Below are positions 58,588 to 63,992 of a stretch of 63,992 nt of DNA, piece after piece. Numbering within the stretch: the stretch's first letter is position 1; the number at the start of each line of letters is the position of its first letter. A model generated the notes under the pieces. That model saw only the letters and a program-made list of their open reading frames with translations. It did no database searches and was not told the DNA's origin. Source of the stretch: an uncultured Acidobacteriota bacterium. GTDB taxonomy: Bacteria > Acidobacteriota > Polarisedimenticolia > Polarisedimenticolales > DASRJG01. Made by a program: the position numbers and the translations under genes. The stretch covers positions 1 through 63,992 of the forward strand of contig CAZUGP010000055.1 of NCBI GenBank assembly GCA_964619965.1, given 5' to 3'.

Positions 58588-59964
58588 TCAGGCCCCGGCG
58601 GCCGCAGGGGAAACCAGCCCGCTCCGGGCGAGGTGGGCGAGGTCGTAGTCGCCGCGCGCGAACGCGGCATCGTCTAGAAGGCGCAGGTGCAAGGGAATCG
58701 TCGTCTTGATGCCCAAGACCTGAAGCGAGCCCAGCGCCTCTTTCGAGGCCGCGATCGCCTCTCCTCGCGACGCCGCGTGGACGATGACCTTGCCGATCAG
58801 CGAGTCGTAGTGCGACGGCACACGCCAGCCCGCCGCGACTCCTGCGTCCCAGCGCACGGCGGCCCCGGGGCGCGTGACTGTGGGCGCGACGACGGCCGTG
58901 ACGAGCCCCGGGTCGGGACGGAAACCCCGATCGGGATCCTCCGCGTTGATACGAAACTCGATGGCGTGCCCGCTGAACGCCACCGCGCTCTGCTGCACGG
59001 CGAGCGGCTCCCCCGCGGCGATGGCGAGTTGCGCCTTCACGATGTCGATGCCGGTCACCATCTCGGTGACGGGGTGCTCGACCTGGAGGCGCGTGTTCAT
59101 CTCCATGAAATACATCGCGCCGTCGCTCGCGCGCAGGAACTCGAGCGTCCCCGCATTGACGTATCCGAACGAGGCCGAAGCCAAGGCCGCGCGCAGCCCG
59201 AAATCGGCGCGCTCTTTCGGGTCGAGCGCGGGTGAGGGCGACTCCTCGACCAGCTTCTGGTGGCTCCGCTGAATCGAGCACTCCCGCTCGCCCAGGTGAA
59301 CGACGTTTCCGTACGCGTCGGCTAAGACCTGGAACTCGATGTGACGCCCGCCTTCGACGTACTTCTCGAGGTAGAGCTCGGCGTTCCCGAACGCCTTGTC
59401 CGCCTCGATTCCGGCTTCGGCGAATGCGCGCGCCACGTCCGTCGCCTCATCGCAACGCCTCATCCCCTTCCCGCCGCCGCCGGCTACCGCCTTCAAAAGG
59501 ACGGGATAACCCACCTCGGCTGCGAGGCGGGCGGCGTCTTCGGCGGAAGCCAAGGGGTCGAGCGATCCCGGGATGACCGGCACGGACGCGGCGGCCATCG
59601 TGCGCTTCGCGCCGATCTTGTCCCCCATCCGGCGGATCGCCCGGGGTCCGGGACCGATGAACGCGATCCCGTGCTGGGCGCATCGGGCCGCGAACACGGC
59701 ATTCTCCGAGAGAAACCCGTACCCGGGATGGATCGCCCCAACCTCCGTCTGCTCGGCCGCCTGCAAGATCGCGTCGGCGTCCAGGTACGAACGTGCCGAG
59801 GCTGAGGGACCGAGGCAGACCGTCTTTTGCGCCCCGGCGAGCCACGGCGCGTTCGCGTCGGCCTCGGAATGAACCGCGACAGTCGCGACGCCCAACTCGC
59901 GGCATGCGCGCATCACGCGCGCGGCGATCTCGCCGCGATTCGCGATCAGGACCCGTTGAAACAA
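58588..59964 (-). CDS. accC: Biotin carboxylase subunit
   Basis: (M)[39 protein letters not shown] and [14 protein letters not shown] are present. I chose the TTG at 59964 because it gives the canonical N-terminus. The longest ORF (ATG at 60093) and the ATG at 60054 would both run across the divergent aminotransferase start. Confidence 0.88.
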   Translation of the reverse strand: MFQRVLIANRGEIAARVMRACRELGVATVAVHSEADANAPWLAGAQKTVCLGPSASARSYLDADAILQAAEQTEVGAIHPGYGFLSENAVFAARCAQHGIAFIGPGPRAIRRMGDKIGAKRTMAAASVPVIPGSLDPLASAEDAARLAAEVGYPVLLKAVAGGGGKGMRRCDEATDVARAFAEAGIEADKAFGNAELYLEKYVEGGRHIEFQVLADAYGNVVHLGERECSIQRSHQKLVEESPSPALDPKERADFGLRAALASASFGYVNAGTLEFLRASDGAMYFMEMNTRLQVEHPVTEMVTGIDIVKAQLAIAAGEPLAVQQSAVAFSGHAIEFRINAEDPDRGFRPDPGLVTAVVAPTVTRPGAAVRWDAGVAAGWRVPSHYDSLIGKVIVHAASRGEAIAASKEALGSLQVLGIKTTIPLHLRLLDDAAFARGDYDLAHLARSGLVSPAAAGA

Positions 59965-60052
59965 GGCGCCCTCCGCCAAACGACGCGAGAGTCTAGCACC
60001 CCCGTCGGCTTCCGATTGGTACACTGTCGCCCTCGCCCCGGAGGAGTCGCTC

Positions 60053-61261
60053 ATGACCGGAAAGTCCGTGCTGTCCCACCGCGCGCGCATCATGCCGGCG
60101 AGTCCGATAAGGCGTCTCGCGCCGTTGGTCGCCGCCGCGCGCGCCGCTGGAAAGACGGTTCACGCGCTCAATATCGGGCAGCCCGACATCGAGACGCCGC
60201 GCGCCATCCTGGACCGGCTGCGCGAATACGACGCGCGGTTCATCCCCTACGGGCCCTCCCAGGGATTGCCGGAGTTCATCGGCGCGTTGTGCTCCTACTA
60301 CGGCGGGCTCGGCCTTCATGTCTCACCGGCGGATGTGTTCGTCACGACGGCCGGCAGCGAGGCCATCCTGTTCACGCTCGGCGCCATCTGCGATCCCGGC
60401 GACGAGGTGCTCGTCTTCGAGCCGTTCTACACGAACTACAACGGCTTCGCGGCGATGGTCGGCGTCGTGCCCGTCCCGGTGACGACGCGCGCCGACGACG
60501 GCTACCACCTCCCCGACAGCTCCGCGATCGTGGCGAAGATCGGTCCGAGGACGCGCGGCATCCTGATCTGCTCGCCGAACAACCCGACCGGCACCGTCTA
60601 CACCGACGAGGAGATGGCGCGCCTCGCCGCGATCTGCCGCGATCGAGGCCTCTACTTGATCGCCGACGAGGTTTACCGCGAGTTCGTCTACGACGGAGCG
60701 AGGCATCACTCGGCCCTTACGCTCCCCGGGCTCGATCAGCAGGTGATCGTGGTGGACAGCGTGTCGAAGCGCTACTCCTTGTGCGGGGTGCGGGTCGGCA
60801 ACATCGTCTCCCGGAACCGTGATTTGATGGATGCGTTCTTACGGTTCGGACAGGCGCGCCTCTGCCCGCCGACCCTGGGCCAGTACGCCTGCACCGCGCT
60901 GACCGAGATCCCGGCGGGCTACATCCAAGGGATCATCGCCACCTATGAGCGGCGGCGCGACGTCGTGTTCGCGGCGCTCGACGCGATCCCCGGCGTCTTC
61001 TGCCTCAAACCCGAGGGGGCGTTCTACCTGTGCGCGCGCCTCCCCGTCGACGACGCCAACGGGTTCGCGGAATTCCTCGTGCGCGATTTCGACGTCGACG
61101 GCGAGACGGTGACAATCGCCCCGGCGGACGGTTTCTACGCGACACCGGGACTCGGACGCGACGAAGTGCGCATCGCTTACGTCCTCGCCGAAGACAAGCT
61201 CCTCCGTGCCATGACGATCCTGAGGAAGGCGCTCGCGGCGTACCCCGGTCGGATGCGCTAG
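60053..61261 (+). CDS. Pyridoxal-phosphate-dependent aminotransferase, class I/II (aspartate/aromatic-type)
   Basis: ..SPIRRL..LNIGQPD..Y.PSQG..SPNNPTG..SVSKRYSLCGVRVG carries the PLP Lys in the SxSK motif. Confidence 0.85.
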   Translation: MTGKSVLSHRARIMPASPIRRLAPLVAAARAAGKTVHALNIGQPDIETPRAILDRLREYDARFIPYGPSQGLPEFIGALCSYYGGLGLHVSPADVFVTTAGSEAILFTLGAICDPGDEVLVFEPFYTNYNGFAAMVGVVPVPVTTRADDGYHLPDSSAIVAKIGPRTRGILICSPNNPTGTVYTDEEMARLAAICRDRGLYLIADEVYREFVYDGARHHSALTLPGLDQQVIVVDSVSKRYSLCGVRVGNIVSRNRDLMDAFLRFGQARLCPPTLGQYACTALTEIPAGYIQGIIATYERRRDVVFAALDAIPGVFCLKPEGAFYLCARLPVDDANGFAEFLVRDFDVDGETVTIAPADGFYATPGLGRDEVRIAYVLAEDKLLRAMTILRKALAAYPGRMR

Positions 61262-62223
61262 CGGCCCGAGTCGCGGCGGGCGCGCTCCAATCCACAGGCT
61301 GCCGCCAGTAGGGGCACGTTGATCTCGTGGTGGCCCGTGAGCGAAAAGCTCCGGCCGGTGCCGAGCGTCGGCCGGCGCAGCACGTTTTCGTCCGTGCGGT
61401 AGTGACGGACCATATCCAGATTGGCGGTCGCGAGGCCTGTCAGCTCGTGCCCGAGGTTCTGCGCGATAGACACCGCCGTCAGGAAAACCTCGGGGAGCTG
61501 CACGGCCGATCCCATGTTGATCCAAACACCCCCCGATAGCGACGAGACGATCGTGACGATCTTGCGGAAATCGGTGAAGGTGGCCGTCCCGATCGCGGCG
61601 CCGTCGGCCGAGGGGTGTTGGTGCACGACATCGCTTCCGATCGCTACGTGCACGGTCACCGGAATCTCGAGCTCGAAGGCGCGCGCCAGGAGGCTCGACG
61701 CGCGTTGCGGCAGCGCGGCTTCGACGATCCGCCTCCCCAAGACATGGCCAAGTCCGAGACCCGACGAGGCCGCCTCCCTCGCGGCGTCGTTCAACGCGCG
61801 GCCCGTCTCGTCGGCCATCCCGTAGCGCCCTTCGTGCAACCCGCGGCCCACGTCTTCGGACGTGGCCCCGATCGCCGCGATCTCCCAGTCGTGGATCGCG
61901 CCCGCCCCGGTCAATGCGATGGCCGAGATCGTCCCCTCTTCCATCATCCCGATGAGAACCGGACTCAGCCCGACCTTGACGACGTGAGCCCCCGCGGCCA
62001 CGACGACCGGATGGTCCTCGGCGCGCGCCTGGACGATCGCCGCAGCAAGCTCGCGGAGAACCTTCACCGCGAGCACGTCCGGGAGCCCATCCAGAAAATC
62101 GCCGAGAGATGACGAAGCGGTGACCGGCCGCGCGAACTCGTCGACTCGAACCTTGTTCGAGCGTGAGGCCAGCGGATAGGTCGTCACCTGCGACAGATCG
62201 ACGGGGAGGACGGGTTTGGACAT
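61258..62223 (-). CDS. Deoxyhypusine synthase-like (DS-fold) family protein, function unknown
   Basis: VVAAGAHVVKVGLSPVLIGMMEEGTISAIALTGAGAIHDWEI aligns with the eukaryotic DHS segment AGAMISSGLR..VDVLVTTAGGVEEDLI. IPVTVHVAIGSDVVH aligns with IPVFSPALTDGSLGD. GGVWINMGSAV aligns with ILGGGVVKH. The alignment was made by eye only. Confidence 0.45.
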   Translation of the reverse strand: MSKPVLPVDLSQVTTYPLASRSNKVRVDEFARPVTASSSLGDFLDGLPDVLAVKVLRELAAAIVQARAEDHPVVVAAGAHVVKVGLSPVLIGMMEEGTISAIALTGAGAIHDWEIAAIGATSEDVGRGLHEGRYGMADETGRALNDAAREAASSGLGLGHVLGRRIVEAALPQRASSLLARAFELEIPVTVHVAIGSDVVHQHPSADGAAIGTATFTDFRKIVTIVSSLSGGVWINMGSAVQLPEVFLTAVSIAQNLGHELTGLATANLDMVRHYRTDENVLRRPTLGTGRSFSLTGHHEINVPLLAAACGLERARRDSGR

Positions 62224-62229
62224 CGGATC

Positions 62230-63018
62230 CTAGCGCCCCGTGAACTGCGGGGGGCGCCTCTCGACGTAGGCCGCGAGACCCTCTTGGGCATCGTCGGACT
62301 CGAACAAGCGTTGCTGCAGCTCGCGCTCCAACGCGAGTCCTTCGGTGAAACTCGCCTCGAGCCCCGAAACCACAGCACGCTTGATGAACCCCACAGCCCG
62401 GGACGCCGAAGACGGGGGCAGGAACCGTTTCGCGTACTCTTCTACTTTGGCGTCGAATTCCGCGGCCTCGAAGACCTCGTGGACGAGGCCAAGCGCAAGG
62501 GCCTCCTCGAAGGCAAACGTGCGGCCCGTCGCCATGAGCTCGAACGCGCGCGCGCGCCCCAGAGCGCGAGCGAGGCGTTGCGTCCCGCCGGTGCCGGGGA
62601 GGACCCCGAGGCTGACCTCGGGAAGGCCGATCTTTCCGCCCCCATTCTTCGCGACGCGCAGATCCGCGGCGAGCGCGATCTCCAGCCCTCCGCCGACACA
62701 GTGCCCGTTCAAGGCTGCGATCACGACCTTGGGCGTCTGCTCGAGGCGGTTCAACGTCTCGTTGGCGTGCAGGCAGAAGAAGTACTTGAAGACGGGATCC
62801 GCCTCTGTGAGCATTTTGATGTCCGCGCCGGCGCAGAAGAACTTGTCGCCTTCCCCGCGGAGGACGATTGCGTGGACGGCTACGTCCATGCGGGCTTCCA
62901 GGATGGCGGTATCGAGCTCGCGCATCATTTCGTAGCTGTAGGTGTTGGCCGGCGGGTTGCACAGCGTGATCCAGGCGATCCCACCGCGCGAGTCGTAGCG
63001 AATCTTGTCGTTTCTCAC
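62230..63018 (-). CDS. Enoyl-CoA hydratase/isomerase (crotonase) family protein
   Basis: IAWITLCNPPANTY...VLRGEGDKFFCAGADIK...AALNGHCVGGGLEIALAADLRVA...GLPEVSLGVLPGTGGTQRL are crotonase oxyanion-hole motifs. Confidence 0.88.
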   Translation of the reverse strand: MRNDKIRYDSRGGIAWITLCNPPANTYSYEMMRELDTAILEARMDVAVHAIVLRGEGDKFFCAGADIKMLTEADPVFKYFFCLHANETLNRLEQTPKVVIAALNGHCVGGGLEIALAADLRVAKNGGGKIGLPEVSLGVLPGTGGTQRLARALGRARAFELMATGRTFAFEEALALGLVHEVFEAAEFDAKVEEYAKRFLPPSSASRAVGFIKRAVVSGLEASFTEGLALERELQQRLFESDDAQEGLAAYVERRPPQFTGR

Positions 63019-63028
63019 TCCGTCTCCC

Positions 63029-63992
63029 TCACGCGGCCGTGGTCAACCGTCGCACGACCGCGTCGGCGGCCGCCCGGGTCCCCAACGATCCAAGGACATC
63101 GGCCGTGCACTCTCCCGCCTCGAGGCACGAGACGACGGCGGCTTCGATCGCCTGGGCCGCTTCCGGCAGGCCCGTGTGCTCGAGCATCATCCCCGCGGTC
63201 AGGATCGCGCCGAAGGGGTTCGCGGTGTCGGTCCCGGCGTACTTGGGCGCGCTGCCGTGGACCGGCTCGAACATCGAGGTCCTGCCGGGGTGGAGATTTC
63301 CCGAAGCCGCCATCCCCAGCCCCCCCTGGAGGGCGGCGCCCAGATCGGTGACGATGTCGCCGAACATGTTGCACGTGACGATGACCTCGAACTGTCGCGG
63401 GTCCTTGATCATCTGCATCGTCAGCGCATCGACGTAAAGGTGGTTCGACTGGATGCCGGGGTACTCCCGGGCGACCTCTGAAAAGACACGCTGCCAAATG
63501 TCGTGGGCGTGGCGCAGGGCGTTGGACTTGTCCGACATCGTGACCTTCTTGCGCCCGTTCGCCGCGGCGAACACGAAGGCGGCACGCACGATACGCTCCA
63601 CCCCCTTGCGGGTATTCACGTCCTCCTGAATTCCGATCTCGTCGGCCGTCCCCTTCTTGAATATCCCGCCGATCCCCGCGTACGCGCCCTCGGTGTTCTC
63701 CCGAAAGACCACGAAATCCACGTCGCTCGCCTTGTAGTTTCGCAGCGGGCACAAGCGCTCGGCGAGGCATCGCACCGGCCGCACGTTGGCGTAGAGATCC
63801 ATCTTGAAGCGCGTGCCGAGGAGGATGTCGGCGGCGTGCCTCATGTCGGGGACGCGGGGATCCCCGAAAGCACCCATGAAGACCGCATCGAACGACGACC
63901 AGAGCGTAAGAGCCCCGTCGGGAAGGGTCTCCCCGGTCCGCAGATAGCGCTCGGCGCCGTAGTCGAACTGCTCGAGGGTCAGACCGAAACCG
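63029..63992 (-). CDS. Isocitrate/isopropylmalate dehydrogenase family protein (IPMDH or tartrate-dehydrogenase-like), with the 5' end outside the window
   Basis: FRENTEGAYAG, SDKSNAL, NMFGDIVTDLGAALQGGLGMAASGN and EPVHGSAPKYAG are beta-decarboxylating dehydrogenase signatures. Confidence 0.85.
   Translation of the reverse strand, partial: GFGLTLEQFDYGAERYLRTGETLPDGALTLWSSFDAVFMGAFGDPRVPDMRHAADILLGTRFKMDLYANVRPVRCLAERLCPLRNYKASDVDFVVFRENTEGAYAGIGGIFKKGTADEIGIQEDVNTRKGVERIVRAAFVFAAANGRKKVTMSDKSNALRHAHDIWQRVFSEVAREYPGIQSNHLYVDALTMQMIKDPRQFEVIVTCNMFGDIVTDLGAALQGGLGMAASGNLHPGRTSMFEPVHGSAPKYAGTDTANPFGAILTAGMMLEHTGLPEAAQAIEAAVVSCLEAGECTADVLGSLGTRAAADAVVRRLTTAA

Noticed and set aside
59965-60093. 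The N-terminal extension of accC (ATG at 60093 or 60054)
   Set aside because: The extension would run across the start codon of the divergent aminotransferase gene. The TTG at 59964 yields the canonical (M)[14 protein letters not shown]-terminus. This remains unproven without N-terminal data.
60839-62962. A 707-aa minus-strand ORF spanning the aminotransferase, DS-like and crotonase genes
   Set aside because: Its composition is extremely Arg/Gly/Pro-rich and it has no motifs. It overlaps three genes that have clear family signatures in other frames.

Overview
This is a GC-rich (visibly about 65-70% GC, strong GC3 bias) chromosomal segment of a diderm bacterium. The gene content suggests Acidobacteriota or Myxococcota-like lineages, but that is inference only. 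The window is almost entirely coding, mostly on the minus strand, with many ATGA/GTGA stop-start overlaps. I call about 58 CDS, one tRNA-Pro(GGG), several promoter-like sites and several GC hairpins.

Most of it is core housekeeping:
- a permease-less regulatory PTS (hprK-rapZ-EIIA(Man)-ptsH-ptsI)
- yceD-rpmF-fabHDG-acpP-fabF followed by etfBA
- mutL
- phoH-HD hydrolase-ybeY-corC-era-recO-glyQS-ppdK
- aspS and hisS
- a CDP-hexose cassette
- a three-gene acyl-CoA carboxylase

I saw no CRISPR array, transposase, integrase or prophage genes.

The most unusual object is one uninterrupted 6.1-kb ORF (22279-28416, minus strand). It encodes a TamB/AsmA-like translocation module with a DUF490-type C-terminus, a short Gly/Ser linker, about five POTRA-like repeats and an Omp85 beta-barrel. 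That would be a single-chain TAM-like machine. It is translationally coupled to rlmI and appears to be driven from a near-consensus promoter upstream of an atypical dksA.

Other items worth a second look:
- an archaeal-type (type II) GAPDH homologue divergent from hprK
- a stand-alone sigma-70 region 3.2/4 mini-protein
- a DksA with a histone-H1-like basic tail and an acidic tail
- an orphan flavin-halogenase-like enzyme carrying the WxWxIP motif
- a bacterial deoxyhypusine-synthase-like protein
- a J-like domain that lacks HPD

All family assignments come from reading motifs in the supplied translations. No database search was possible.
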